Shown: positions 13,261 to 27,936 of the stretch, one piece after another
Layout: each line of letters begins with the position of its first letter
How positions within the stretch are numbered: position 1 is the stretch's first letter
Source: Octopus vulgaris
Taxonomy: Eukaryota
NCBI GenBank assembly: GCA_951406725.2
Contig: OX597821.1
Span: 70,556,001-70,620,000 of the forward strand
Length of the DNA: 64,000 bases
Direction: 5' to 3'
Program-made: the position numbers and the translations under genes
The notes under the pieces: model-generated
Databases searched by the model: none
Told to the model about the DNA's origin: nothing
What the model saw: the letters and a program-made list of their open reading frames with translations, nothing else

Positions 13261-13971
13261 CCAACGTCATCACCATTATTATTTTGCAACATTTGATAGT
13301 TTCAAGCAACTTTTTATTGCACCATTTGTTGCATCTTTGTGCTGGTGAGGTGGTGTGTGCTGCATTTTTCTGGTGGTGGGGGGATATTGCATTGCATCAG
13401 TATGTTTTGTTATGGGGTTTGGTTTGAGTCTTCTGTTGTATTAGTTTCTGTATTATGTGTTCTTTGTGCAGTGCAGGTCGAGTTCTTCTGACTGGTATCG
13501 GCCTTCTATGGGACATATTGTGGCCTTTGCTCATTTTGTTGGGTGTTTACTGTATGCGTTTATTCTTGTATGTTGGTGGAGGAGTGTTGCATAGTAGTGT
13601 GAGTAAATCATAAATCAACCATTTCCAAGTATTCGTGGTTATCTGTCCATCGTACGTTTTGGTTTTCGTTAGTTTTCGTATGGGTCCAACTTTACAGCGT
13701 TTACATTTTGACTGAACACTGCCCATGGACATGTGTTGCTGCTTCTCTCGTATTCATTATTATTATTATTGATGTATAAGCGGGAGACCGAGAACAAATA
13801 GAAAAGTGCTTGTATAGAGAGGTCTTGTATAGATATGGATGTATATGGAATTAAAATTAAAATTTTAAAAGTTTACTCCCAGATTTGAAACTTCCGTATA
13901 GAAATATTGCAGTCTTTGCGTTTACATTTTGGGGCACGAGTTGCTGTGGTGGCGCATCTGAAGCAAGCTAC

Positions 13972-14022
<51 letters not shown>

Positions 14023-14039
14023 ACACACACATATATATG

Positions 14040-14084
<45 letters not shown>

Positions 14085-14091
14085 TACATAC

Positions 14092-14140
<49 letters not shown>

Positions 14141-14170
14141 CTTACATACATATATATATACATATATATG

Positions 14171-14350
<180 letters not shown>

Positions 14351-14489
14351 GATACTGCTGTGACTACACATAAAACAATATCATTGATGATGATGGTGGT
14401 GATGGTGATGGTGATGATGATAATGATGATGGTAATGGTGGCGATAATGATGATAGTGATGGTAATGGTGATGATAATAACAATAATAA

Positions 14490-17400
14490 GCCGACTACGG
14501 CTGCTATAATGGTACGATTATAATTGTAACGGCAATGATGGCCGTCTCCCCACGAGCCAATCAAAGCTAAAAAATGATAACATTATCGTAGCACCAAAAT
14601 GTTTTTGGAAACTAAAAGGAAAACTAAATCAGTATACCAAATCGCTTGTCCTATGGTTAATCTGGAAGCGCGTCCCCCAGCGAAGAGCCAGCCTGGGATC
14701 GAAAAGTCATCAACTGGCACAAACTCTTCTCCGAATACGGACATGGATGGTCACTTGAACGGGAAATCCCCCAACTCGAGCCCTCCAAGTTCACCACCAC
14801 AACCACCACAGAAAGAAATATGTAAGCGGAACAAATGGACCCTAGAAGAGTATAAAGAAGTAATATACGCTTATTACTATGCATTAGGTAGGCCATCTCA
14901 AGAGAGACACACCGCAAACTCTTACAGTATATGGAGAACACGGAATCAAGACAGTAGGCCCTATTTGGACGAGAACAAATTAGCAAATGTGAGGAGGGAT
15001 ATCTTTAGAAATAACAGACTCACAGACAGTGAAATAAGCGCGATCAAGCACGCAACGGAAAATGACATAAATATAAGGCACAAAGGAAATGAAGAATCAG
15101 ATGAACAGTATAGCCCGCCACGAGGCTTAATTGAAAGACTGCCATCTGACCAAAGTACGCAAAGGCCTGAAGATACAAGAAATTCTATTGTACCTGTTAA
15201 AGATAGCCAGGAAAACGAAAGAACAACAGTAACTGAAGATCTCGCATTTGCTGAAGAACACAGAGAGTCTATAGCAGAAATGAGGCAGAAAATCCTGAAT
15301 ACGCTTCAAGTTGTAAGACATACAAGTATGAATGATAGAGAACCGCTTCATAAACTCTCAAATACAAACCAAAATAAAAAACAAATCCAAATTGGCAACT
15401 ATGTAACAAATGAAATAATACGAGAATTAAAACCTGATTTTACTGAGTTAAATGAAATTATTTACGCTTCTGCTAGGGCAATTGAAACCAGCTGTATGCC
15501 CCCGAAAAAACAAAGAAAACAAAACCTGGGAAGAAATCAAACCCGGAGAAGTAAAATTGAAAAAGAGATTGAATTTATGAGAGGGGAAATATCAATATTA
15601 AATGAACTAATATGTGGAAATGATGTAAGATCCAGAACAGGAAGAAAGATGAAGAGAAAATTTGGATCCTCACCAAGAGAAGAACTGATATCAATAAAAG
15701 AAACGCTGAAACAAAAAGTCCAAGCAAAAACCCAAAGAATACGAAGATTTGAGAAGAAAACAAGTTTTACAAGCAAAATAAGCTGTTCACATCCAATGCC
15801 AAAAAATTCTACAGAGAAATAGGGAAGGAGAAAGTAACCGTTAAAGACCCCCTCCCATGGAAGAAGTTCAAAACTTTTGGAAAAGGATTTGGAGTGACAA
15901 GAAGACGTACAACATAAATGCAGACTGGATTATACAAACTGAAGGATCCTACCAAAATTTACAACAACAAGCATGGGAAGACATCACAATAGCAGACCTA
16001 AGAAAGGCACTCACGAAGGCCCATAATTGGAAATCCCCCGGTAAAGATAGGGTGCCGAATTTCTGGCTCGCATCGCTCCCGTGCGCACACGGTAAGCTAG
16101 TTCAGCTGCTCAATGGAATTATGAGAGACCCAACGAAAACACCTGAATGGTTAGCAAGTGGCATTACTTACCTACTCCCAAAGAATAACGAAACCAATCT
16201 TCCAAAAAACTATCGGCCTATAACCTGTCTATCCACCACGTATAAAATCCTAACATCTATCCTGGCGGAGAAAACATATGCATTCATGGAGAAGAACGAT
16301 ATTTTCCCCATTGAACAAAAAGGGTGCCGCCGAGGCTCTTGCGGATGCAAAGATCAACTGCTAATCAATCGTATGATCCTTGAGAACTGTCACAACAAGC
16401 GCAGAAATCTCAGCACCGCATGGATTGACTATAAAAAGGCCTTCGACAGTATACCGCATCCATGGATCTTGAGATCGCTGGACATCTTCAAAATTTCCCC
16501 TGTGATTTCAAACTTCCTGAAGCACAATATGTCGTTGTGGAATACGAATCTCCAATTATACCACTCTAATGGAGTACTTGCCTCAGAAAATATAAACATC
16601 AACTGTGGAATTTTTCAAGGTGACTCACTTTCACCTTTAATATTCTGCATAGCCCTAATACCCCTTACAAGTGAATTAAACAGAACAGGGTATGGGTATA
16701 AAATTGCCAATAAAAAAATAAGCCATCTATTTTATATGGATGACTTAAAACTTTATAGTAAAAACAATAATGAACTTGAAGGCCTATTGCGCACCTGAAA
16801 TCATTCAGCGATGACATCGGGATGGAGTTTGGACTTGAGAAGTGTGCCAAGGCCACTTTCCAGAAAGGGAAAGTGAAGACCACAAATTCAGTCGTGTTAG
16901 ATGTTGACACAGTCATAAGAGAGCTTGAGCAAGAACAAACATACAAATATTTAGGGATAAATGAAGGCTCTGGTATTCAGCATGCAAGCATGAAAGAGAA
17001 AATCAGGAAGGAATGTTATAGGAGAGTTCGTGCAGTCCTGAAATCTGAACTAAATGCACGTAACAAGGTGTTAGCTATAAATTCCCTAGCAGTTCCAGTT
17101 GTTACTTATAGCTACAATGTGTTGAACTGGAATATGAGTGAAGTAAAGAATATAGATAGAAAAAATACGCAAGCTGCTGAGTTGTAATAGGATGCACCAC
17201 CCAAAGGAAGACGTAGATCGCCTTTACCTTCCCAGAGCCCAAGGAGGTCGAGGCCTGATCCAATTTGAACTAGCTTACAAAACAACCACAATTGGACTGG
17301 CCAAATATCTCGAAATATCGAATGACTGGATGCTAAAGCTCGTGGAAAATCACGAGAGACGAAAGAAGCTTCATTCTATCATCAAGGAAAGCAAAAAATT

Positions 17401-18461
17401 TGCTATTGATCTCGTGCAGGATACCCAAACTGAACAACCCGAGGGAAGTACGGCAACTATTGCTGCAAAGAAGGTGAAAATGATGGCAATGAAAAAAGCG
17501 CACGAGCAATTGGCTGATAGGTGGGAGGAGAAACCTCTGCACGGCAAATATGTGACCCGCAGCAAACAAGCTGATGTTGACCAGAAGCAAACCCATCAGT
17601 GGCTGCGGAGCTCAGGGCTAAAAGCAGAGAGCGAAGGTTTCATCCTGGCTGCTCAAGACCAAAGCCTATTAACCCGGAACTACCAGGCCAATGTGATGAA
17701 AAATGGAGCAGACCCAAAATGCCGATTCTGCAACGACATGATTGAAACAGTGGACCACCTAATCTCTGGATGTAAAGTCTTAGCACCAGTGGAGTATAAA
17801 TTAAGACATGACAGAGTTGGCCAATATCTCCACTGGCTAATAAGTCGGCATTACAATATCAAAACTGCCGACAAGTGGTATAATCACCACCCTGAGGCCG
17901 TAACTGAAGGAGAAAATGTAACCATTCTGTGGGACTTTCCAGTACATACAGACCGAACCATCAAGGCCAATAAACCAGATATTGTTGTGAAAGACCAAAA
18001 CAATAAAGTTTGCTTATTGATCGACATGAGCATCCCCTGTGATCATAATATCTCAGCGAAAGAGTTTGACAAGCTCAGAAAATATAAAGACCTACTCATT
18101 GAAATTGAGAAAATGTGGCATCTCAAGGCGGTTACAATACCAGTGATCGTAAGAGCACTAGGAATGATCAAGAAGGGAACCGAAAATTATATGAGAATGA
18201 TCCCTGGCTTACCATCCCTGCAAGAAGTGCAAAAGATTGTCTTAACTGGTACATCACACGTATTGAGAAGAGCATTGTCGATGTGAGAACTGTTGCTGCT
18301 CATGCATTTTAAATTAACTTTAAAAAAAAAAAAAAAAAAATGAACGAACTACTGAGTTTGGTTTAATGGCCTACCAATATACACTATGAGTTTCTTTGCC
18401 CTAGGAGTCGGGAAGACACTCGGCAAGAAATGGAAGAAAATTTGAAAGAAGAAAAAAAAAA

Positions 18462-18462
<1 letters not shown>
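14490..18462 (+). mobile_element. Near full-length R4/Dong-clade non-LTR retrotransposon
   Basis: Single long RT-RLE ORF broken by four 1-nt indels; short 5' UTR; 3' UTR ends in an A tract that joins (TAA)n at 18463. Confidence 0.92.
14599..18286 (+). pseudogene. RT-RLE polyprotein (~1,230 aa when reconstructed)
   Basis: N-terminal KWTLEEYKEVIYAYY (Myb-like, R4 type); RT motifs NYRPITCL, WIDYKKAFDS, GIFQGDSLSP, YMDD; CRFC..ETVDHLISGC knuckle, RHD, KPDIVV..LIDMSIP..KLRKY RLE. Frameshifts near 15757, 15855, 16795 and 17165. Confidence 0.92.
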
Positions 18463-18531
<69 letters not shown>

Positions 18532-18681
18532 TGATGATGATGATGATAATAACAATATATATATATATATATTCCATATAAGAAAAATCTTAGTTTTCTG
18601 TGATGGCTTACATAAAGACATAGCTTACTTTCATTGTTATTAACATCATAATCATCATCATCATCATCCTCATCATAATTA

Positions 18682-18744
<63 letters not shown>

Positions 18745-18812
18745 CATTATTATTACTATTATCATCATTATTATTATTATTACTATTATCATTATCATTA
18801 TTATCATTATTA

Positions 18813-18868
<56 letters not shown>

Positions 18869-18930
18869 GTTGTTGTCGTTGTTTTTGTTATTATTGTTAT
18901 TGTTGCTGTTGTTATCATCATCATTATCAT
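18463..18930. repeat. (TAA)n and (ATT/ATC)n microsatellites
   Basis: Visible directly. Confidence 0.9.
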
Positions 18931-18994
18931 TATTGTTACTATTTTTACTGTTGTGTTATCAGTACTATTTTATCATTCTCTTTCTCTTTTCTCT

Positions 18995-19386
18995 TTTACT
19001 TGTTTCAGTCATTTGACTGCGGCCATGCTGGAGCACCGCCTTTAATCGAGCAACTCGACCCCGGGACTTATTCTTTGTAAGCCCAGTACTTATTCTATCG
19101 GTCTCTTTTTTGCCGAACCGCTAAGTGACGAGAACGTAAACACACCAGCATCGGTTGTCAAGCGATGCTAGGGGGACAAACACAGACACACAAACACACA
19201 CATATATATATATATACATATATACGACAGGCTTCTTTCAGTTTCCGTCTACCAAATCCACTCACAAGGCATTGGTCGGCCCGGGGCTATAGCAGAAGAC
19301 ACTTGCCCAAGATGCCACGCAGTGGGACTGAACCCGGAACCATGTGGTTGGTTAGCAAGCTACTTACCACACAGCCACTCCTGCGC

Positions 19387-19388
<2 letters not shown>
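18995..19388 (-). mobile_element. Full-length tRNA-derived SINE (family A)
   Basis: A box TGGCTGTGTGG, B box GGTTCAGTCCC, TTGGGCAAGTGTCTT core, internal (TA)/(TG) tract, 3' GACTGAAACAAGTAAAAGA; copy at 38973-39419. Confidence 0.85.
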
Positions 19389-19466
<78 letters not shown>

Positions 19467-19551
19467 CATTGTTGTTATTATTATTGTTGTTGCTGTTGTC
19501 ATCATCATTATCATTATTGTTACTATTGTTACCGTTGTGTTAGCAGTACTA

Positions 19552-19608
<57 letters not shown>

Positions 19609-20417
19609 CATTACTATTATTATTCGTTGTTATTGTTGTTTGTTGTTGTTGTTGCAATCATTTTTGTTATTACTTTGATTTTCCAGAAGGGGATCATAAG
19701 CATAATTAAAAAAAAGAAACCTGAAGAATAACAACAAAGCCCTTCCGTATCGTCACAACCCCCTCCGCCAGCTCCGAACAATAAATAAATAAATAAATAA
19801 ACACATCTACATCACAATCACCAACAGCACTTTCCCCACCAACAGAGTTATAAGAATATATTGAAAATATATATTTGCAACAAAAAATAAATAAATAAAA
19901 GACAGAAGCAGCAACAATAACTGCATCAGTAATGATAGCTGGAGAGAATCAACATCACATCTCCATATGCATAAACAACACAACGATAAATACATCCCAT
20001 ATAAAGAGAAGATGGAGACGCTGCTGTCGCTATAATAAATATTATTTTTATATCAGCTTTCCAAGTGTTGCTTTGGTCGTGTCATCTTACTGTTTGCTCC
20101 GCTTAATATGGCCTGTTACGCACTTTGAAGTATGCTACACTGAAACAACAGCTGCCAGCTATGACGAAGGAAGCCTTTCTTTTGCAAAGACGCTTCGAAC
20201 AGATGAGAGGTGAATACTTTCAAAGATATATGGCTGTGTAACCGTGTAGCCATGCATGTTGCTGTAACTGTGAAGCTGTCTGCTGTGTGAGAGGAAAGTA
20301 TTTATGCGTAAGAGAAAGAGAGAGTATGTGTGTGCGCGTGTGCGTGTGTGTATTAAAGACAGACAAAGAGTGAATATGTAAATATACACACACTTATGCA
20401 CACACACGCACACACAC

Positions 20418-20460
<43 letters not shown>

Positions 20461-20664
20461 GCATATATATATAATATATAACGGAAGAGATGGGTTATAA
20501 ACTAAATCAGTCATTTGATGTGTGTGCATTTGTGTGTGTATGCACACAAGTGTGTATTTGGATATAGTTTAAAGATTAGACAAACATACTATATATGTAT
20601 ATATGCATACACACACACACACACACACACACATACACACACAAACACACAGATTATACGTGAA

Positions 20665-20960
20665 AGTGCCTGGCTCAGGGGTTAGCTTATTCAGCTCACG
20701 ATAGTGGGTTCGATACACGGCAATGCGTTTTGTCCTTGAGCACGACACTTTATTCAACATTGCTCCAGTTCACACAAATGTACCTGTACTTCAAAAGGCC
20801 AGTCTTGTCACATTATATTTTACACAGACCTTTCCTGAGAACTACGTTAAGGGTACACGAGTTTGGGGGAGTGCTGTGATTTGCACGTCAATCTTACGAG
20901 CAGGCGGCTGTTCGGTTGATCGGATCAACTGGGACACTCATCGGCGTAGCCAGCAGACTG
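20665..20960 (+). mobile_element. Diverged tRNA-derived SINE
   Basis: TGGCTCAGGGGTTAG..GGGTTCGATAC..GTCCTTGAGCACGACACTT. Confidence 0.6.
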
Positions 20961-20981
20961 CCAGGGAATATATTTATATAA

Positions 20982-21036
<55 letters not shown>

Positions 21037-21339
21037 TGTGTGTTGGGCAGATAATTATTGCGTCATTGAGAAAGACACTTCATTTCACGATGCCTCATTG
21101 TACCATTTCATTGAAGTGAGAATGATCGCTAATGGCTACTGAGGTGGGAGCTAATCCTCCCGAAAGTGTAATTCAGATGAGTTTCTTTTTTTACTTAACT
21201 GCTGCAGAATAAGCAAATGTTTCCACTGTGGCGCATTTGTATTAGCGTGGATGAAACCATTGCCCATATCAAAAACGAATGCCCTAGACTTGTCCAAATC
21301 CACTACAAGTTGTGACGACACGACCAGGTAGCGAAAGTG

Positions 21340-21895
21340 CTTCATTGGAAACTGTGCGAAAAGTAGGGGCTAGAGAGAGGCAAGACGTGGTATGAACACA
21401 AACAGCAGAGAGTGGTAGAGTCGGAGACCTGCAAAATTCTGTGGGATTTCTCAAGTCAAACAGATTAGGTTCTAGAGCATAACAGACTTGACCTAATAGT
21501 GGTGGACACGGTGCACCACATAAGCTATACAGTTAATGTTGCATGCCCTTTAACCCATGAATAGTCAAGAAGAAAGGCGAAAAAATAGACAGATGCAATC
21601 CTCTTATGTACGAAATAGCTCGGCTATGGAAAATGAGGAAGGTGAAGAGAGTGCTAATTATTTTGGGATCCTTGGGAACAACATCAAGGCATTAAGAGGA
21701 ATATAAAGGAAACTGGAATAGAGCGCCCAGTAGAACTGTTAGAAAAAAGGTTTGCCTCCCTGGCACGGCCAGAGTAATCAGGAAAATATTAGATAGCTGA
21801 AAAGAAGGAATAGCATAGTACCGTAGGCTTCAGGTAGTAAGCCCTCTAAGAATGCAAGGCTCTAGGAGCTCCTACAAAGCCTATGATAAAGAGAA

Positions 21896-21966
<71 letters not shown>

Positions 21967-22250
21967 CGATTTAAAGTGGGAAATACGAAGGTTGTGGTGA
22001 ATGAAGTGAGTAGACGTGATAGCGATAGTAATTGGTGCACTTAGATGTATCAGCGCTCAACTACCAGCATGGCTGAAAAAGATTGGTGCAAGTGTGAAGG
22101 GAGAACACCTACAAAAATCAGCATTGCTTGGAACTGCAAGAATTCTTCGCAGAAGCATGACCAGTAAACAAGTGTCGCCTTAGTCTGCTGGCTGTGGACA
22201 GCTTGACACTTTCCATCATACCCAACAAAATAAGCTGTGAGTTTTCATAT
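21340..22250 (+). mobile_element. Two decayed RLE-LINE 3' ends separated by (TAA)n
   Basis: WYEH..ILWDF..DLIVVD and VIAIVIGAL..QKSALLGTARILR remnants, each followed by (TAA)n. Confidence 0.7.
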
Positions 22251-22251
22251 G

Positions 22252-22340
<89 letters not shown>

Positions 22341-22343
<3 letters not shown>

Positions 22344-22760
22344 CATAATATCTCAGCGAAAGAGTTTGACAACCTCAGAAAATATAAAGACCTACTCATT
22401 GAAATTGAGAAAATGTGGCATCTCAAGGCGGTTACAATACCAGTGATCGTAGGAGCACTAGGAATGATCAAGAAGGGAACCGAAAATTATATGAGAATGA
22501 TCCCTGGCTTATCATCCCTGCAAGAAGTGCAAAAGATTGTCTTAACTGGTACATCAAACGTATTGAGAAGAGCATTGTCGATGTGAGAACTGTTGCTGCT
22601 CATGTATTTTAATTTAACTTGAAAAAAAAAAAAAAAAAATGAACGAACTATTGAGTTTGGTTTAATGGCCTACCAATGTATACTATGAGTTTCTTTGCCC
22701 TAGGAGTCGGGAAGACACTCGGCAAGAAATGGAAGCAAATTTGAAAGAAGAAAAAAAAAT
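22341..22760 (+). mobile_element. 5'-truncated young copy of the 14.5-kb R4/Dong element
   Basis: Nearly identical to 18042-18462 (HNISAKEFD..RRALSM plus 3' UTR); begins and ends in (AAT)n. Confidence 0.93.
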
Positions 22761-22779
22761 AATAATAGTAATAATAACA

Positions 22780-23200
22780 ATCCTATGAGATTTTATGATT
22801 CACGCGATAGGGAACAGGAAATCAGATATAGTGTTAATTGAGAAAGAAAGCAAATTATGCTGGATCATAGATTTAGCATGACCAGCTGACAAGGAAGGAA
22901 GAAAAGACGACATGGCAGGTTAGCATGGGAGGTTAAGCAGCTGTGATCGATAAAAAAAAGTAGCAGCAGTACCAATAATTGTCAGAGCCCTGGGAAGAGT
23001 GAACAAAAATATTGAGAAGTACATGGAACAAATAGGGGCTGCAATAAAGCTGGAGCACTTGCAGAAAACAGCACTGCTTGGAACCGCCTGAAAAATTCCG
23101 GATGGTACTCGAAAAATAAGTGGTGTTACCTTAGTTTACTGATAGTGAACAGCTGACACCGCAGTACATCTCCGGCGTTAGAAGCTGTGAAAAGACAATA
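22780..23200 (+). mobile_element. Decayed RLE-LINE 3' end
   Basis: DIVLIEKESKLCWIIDLA..AVPIIVRALG..QKTALLGTA remnants; followed by (TAA)n. Confidence 0.7.
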
Positions 23201-23221
23201 AATAATAATAATAATAATAAT

Positions 23222-23254
<33 letters not shown>

Positions 23255-23307
23255 AATAATAATAATAAAATAAGAAAAAATAAAAAATAATAATAATAAT
23301 GATGATG

Positions 23308-23399
<92 letters not shown>

Positions 23400-23400
<1 letters not shown>

Positions 23401-25160
23401 CTGTTGACAATGCTCAGAATGCACCACCCTGAGGCAGATATAGAACGAACTTTATCTGCCAAGAAAAGAGGGAGGCGGTGGACTTTTACAACTGGCAATA
23501 ACAATGAAGATTGCTACAATTGGCCTAGACACCTACCTGAAAAACTCTGGGGACTGGATGTTAAAACTTGTCTCAAAACATGAAAACAAGAAAACATCAT
23601 ACTCAGTAACAAAACAAGCAAAGGAATATCTAAGTGAATTCCGAATACAACAAATTTCGGAATTTGACGTACAAGAAACAAGCACAGAAAAAGCTAAGCG
23701 CATGAAAACCCGTGCTAAAACTGCTGCCTTAGATATTCTGAATGATAAATGGCAAGAAAAACCTCTCAATGGCAAATACCTAAAGAGAGCGAATAATGCA
23801 GATGTTGACAAAGCCCTGACCCATCAATGGCTAATGGCCTCTGACTTAAAATCTGAAACAGAAGGGTTTATCATAGCAGCTCAAGATCAATGCCTACCTA
23901 CAAGGAACTACCAGGCAATGTAAAAATATGCAGGGGCATTTTCTAAAGAGATTCGCTCTCTCCGTTACTCTTTGTCATAGCAATAATACCTCTGACAAGT
24001 ATGTTAAGGAAATCCAGACCCTGCCTATGAGTTTAACAAATCCAAGATGAGAAGAAAAAACCTACATTATATGGATAACCTCAAGCTATAATAGAAAAAA
24101 GTGAGGCAGACCATGACTATTTGATGCAAACTGTGCGAGTATTCAGTAAAGATACTGGAATGCAGTTTGGAGTAAATAAACGCGCAGTACTAATTATGAA
24201 GAGAGGCCGAGAGATAAACTCTGATGGCGAAATGTTACCACACGACAATATCGTTCGATCGCTGTGGAATAATGAGGGTTACAAATATCTAGGAGTATTG
24301 TAAGGCGATAGGATTGTGGAAGGAGAAATGAGAGAGAAAGTCCACTTATGAATACAAGAGCAGAATCCTGAAGATGATTGAAGCAAAATTAAATGGCAGA
24401 AACAGTATTAAAGCCATAAATACGTGGGCAATGCATGTACTGAGATACTCTGCTCCCTTTCTGAAATGGAGAAAAGTCGAACGGCAGAACTTGGACAGAA
24501 GAACTAGAAAGCGACTGACAATGCACAATGCGCTTCATCCTGAAAGTAATACCTACCAAGAGCGGAACGATGTAGAGGATTACTGAACGCAGAAGACCCT
24601 GTTACTACTGCGATACTGAGTCTGAAAAATTATGATCTGCAGAGTAAAGAGCGAATATATCGGCAACGAGGGAAATGCATCCCCCAAAATGACCGAAACA
24701 GTAGGAGAATTCAAAGAGAAACATCATAGCAAACAGATGGCCAATTCGCGCAAAAAAAAAACGAGAATGTCAGAAGTAAAGGTCGCTGACTCTGGTTAAC
24801 AGACAGGGACTTGAAACACTAATTATACCGATCAAAAACAAGCCCTTAGAATGAACCTGATAAATTGCAATGATCGATAAAATTCAGTCAGACAGAAAAT
24901 GTGGAATCTGCAGGAAAGGACTCACATTTTGGGTGAGTACAGTATACTAGCACAAAACGAGTATCAACGCAGACATGACTGTGTAGGCAAAAGAGTGCAT
25001 TGGGTTGTTGTTACTCATGTATGTGACTTCAAAACAACAGAAAAGTGGTATGAACAAGAACCGGAGGCTATGAAAAAAAAAGTGAGGATAACAAGATCTT
25101 GTGGGACAACGCCGTAAAGATTGACCATACTGTTGAGGCGAAAAGACCAGGCATGATTGC
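23400..25160 (+). pseudogene. R4/Dong-type LINE internal fragments (two families)
   Basis: MHHPEAD..WQEKPLNGKY..ETEGFIIAAQDQ (23400-23920), then DSLSPLLF..YMDNLKL..MQFG..RRHD..KWYE (23925-25160). Confidence 0.85.
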
Positions 25161-25269
25161 CTATCATCCTTTCGGGATCGATAAAATAAATATCAATTGA
25201 ACAATGGGGTCAATGTAATCGACTCATCTTCTCCCCCAAAATTTCAGACTTTCTGTCAGTAGTAGAAAG

Positions 25270-25450
<181 letters not shown>

Positions 25451-25755
25451 TTATAGTCATAACAAGAAGTATACTATTTGATCGTTCTCTGAAAATACTT
25501 GATATTAAATATATTTCCATTTCAACTTGTTTACATCTCTCTCTCTCTCTCTCTCCCTGTCCCTCTCTCTCTCTCTCATTTTCTTTGTATCCTCTCTCTT
25601 TCTCTCTCTCTTTGTGCTTCTCTCCCCATTTCTGTCCTCCTCTCTCTTTCTTTGTATTTCCCTCCCCATCTCTCTCCTCTCTCTCTCACTTTGTATTTCT
25701 CTCCCCATCTCTCTCTTCTCTCTCTTTGTGCTTCTCCCCATCTCTCTCCCTCCCC

Positions 25756-25789
<34 letters not shown>

Positions 25790-25983
25790 TGCTTATCCAT
25801 TCCACATAAACTCACAAATTCGCTTTATGCGTGTTATTCCTCGGCATAACGTATGAGTGTATGTGTGTGTGTGTGTGTGTTTACGTGTGTCTTTTTGCAA
25901 AGGTGTTTGCTTGTGTTGGTGTGATTTGTCTATGACAACCTGTATGTGTTATTGCGTGTGCGTGTGTGCGTATGCGTTCTTGT

Positions 25984-26022
<39 letters not shown>

Positions 26023-26592
26023 GGTGGGGGTGGTTAGTGCCAAATGTTCACTTATTCTATTTCTTATATTCATTAAACACGTCTTAAAGGTCGATAGAAC
26101 ATAAAACAAGAGACGGGGAAGCAGGAGAGTGGCGGTGGGAGGTGAGAGAGACAGAGGGAGGGAGGAATAAGGAGAGAGAGAGAGGGAGGAGAAGGAGAAC
26201 GGGAGTGGGAGGAAAAGAGAGAAAAGCGATTAACGAATTCGCGCATACGCACACAAACACAGTGGCACATAGAGAGACATACACACATGTTTACACACAC
26301 ACACACACACACACACGCATACATACGCACACACACTGACATATATGTGTGTGTACGTATGTGTGTGTGTGTTTGTGTACGCACAAATATATATGAGTGC
26401 GTAGAGAGAGAAAAACTGAGAAAGAGATAGAGATCAAGATAGACAGATTGAGAGAAAGAGAGAGAGATAAAGATGTGTGTGTATGTGTGTGCGTGTGTGT
26501 GTGTGTGTATACACGTTGAGAAAAAGATATTTATAGAGACCGAAAGAGTAAAAAGTATACATACATATGCGTATACATACACATATATTATG

Positions 26593-26634
<42 letters not shown>

Positions 26635-26851
26635 GTGTGCGCGCACGTATATGTATATAAAGAGGGAGATGTAGAGAAAGAAAGAAAGAAAGAGTGAGAG
26701 AGAGAAAGAGAGGGAAGGGAGAGAGGGAGAGAGAGGGGAACAGTGAAACTGTGATCGCGAAAAATGTCGGTTTCAACAAAGAGAGAGGGGGAGGGAAAGG
26801 GAAAGGAAAAAGACAGAGAAAAGGAGAGAAAGAAAGAGCGAAAGAAAGGAA

Positions 26852-26882
<31 letters not shown>

Positions 26883-27640
26883 TGAAAGAAAGAAAGAAAG
26901 AAAGAAAGGAAGGAAGGAAGAAAGAGCGAAAGAAAGGAAGAAAGAGCGAAAGAAAGAAAGAAAGGAAGAAAGAGAGGGAGGGGGGAGAGAGAGAGAGAGA
27001 ACAAAAATTGTTTATTACCAAGAAAGAATAGCAGAATGTAAATTCATAATAATATTATGGTCTGGAGCTATGTAGCAATCAGATTTTGTATTATATTAAC
27101 TGTAGCGTAAACGCGCGGCTCTCTCTTCCTCATCTTTATCATCTCGTCTCTTGTTTTTAAGGTCTCAGGCGAATCCGTTCTTACGTGAAAGCTTCAATTA
27201 CGATTCAAATCAGCCGCTAATTAAATAAGGGTGTTTAACCTACTCTTTTGTATATGTATTTTTGTTTGTTTGTTTGCTGCAGTTGTTTTCGTCATTGTTT
27301 TTAGTTATTTGTTGAGAGTTTTTTTTTTTGGCGCAAAAACTCTCCTCTCAACCGCTAATACGATCAGTCGTAAGAGGATGGAGATGATAGCTAGTCATAG
27401 ATACGGCCATTTTCTAACGCGACCTCTATCTCCCTCTGTTTCTACCTTCACCTCTCTTTTTCCTCTTTCTCCTTTCTCTCCTTTCTCTCCTCTCTCTCCT
27501 TCTTTATAACGATCATCTGCGCTACCACCACCACCACCATTATTATGAAAAACTTCATCACATCATCATAACCATCCCGTGCGCTGCCTCCGCCACCAGC
27601 ATCATTATTATCATCATCATGGCCATTACTATCAAAAACG

Positions 27641-27692
<52 letters not shown>

Positions 27693-27889
27693 CAACTACT
27701 GTCACCACAATCACCAGCATCACTATCATAATCATGACCAGCGTTACCAAAACCTTCATCATCACCATCCTCCTCTTCGTCCTCCTCCTTATTATCATCA
27801 TCACCGTCATCGTCGTCGTCATCATTTACCTCAATCTCTCCCACCACCAACCGCCCTCGCTACAACCATTGCCATCAAGTTGTTGTTGT

Positions 27890-27936
<47 letters not shown>

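Noticed and set aside
13280-13760. Cys-rich minus-strand fragments (CNKWC, CKRC) suggesting a PHD-type LINE ORF1
   Set aside because: Cys/His spacing is incomplete and the frames are broken
14490-14598. Possible HDV-like ribozyme in the R4/Dong 5' UTR
   Set aside because: CGTCTCCCCACG resembles P3/L3, but I could not complete P1, P1.1 or J4/2 by eye
18995-19388. A and B boxes suggesting tRNA genes
   Set aside because: No cloverleaf; these are multi-copy SINE heads with long non-tRNA bodies
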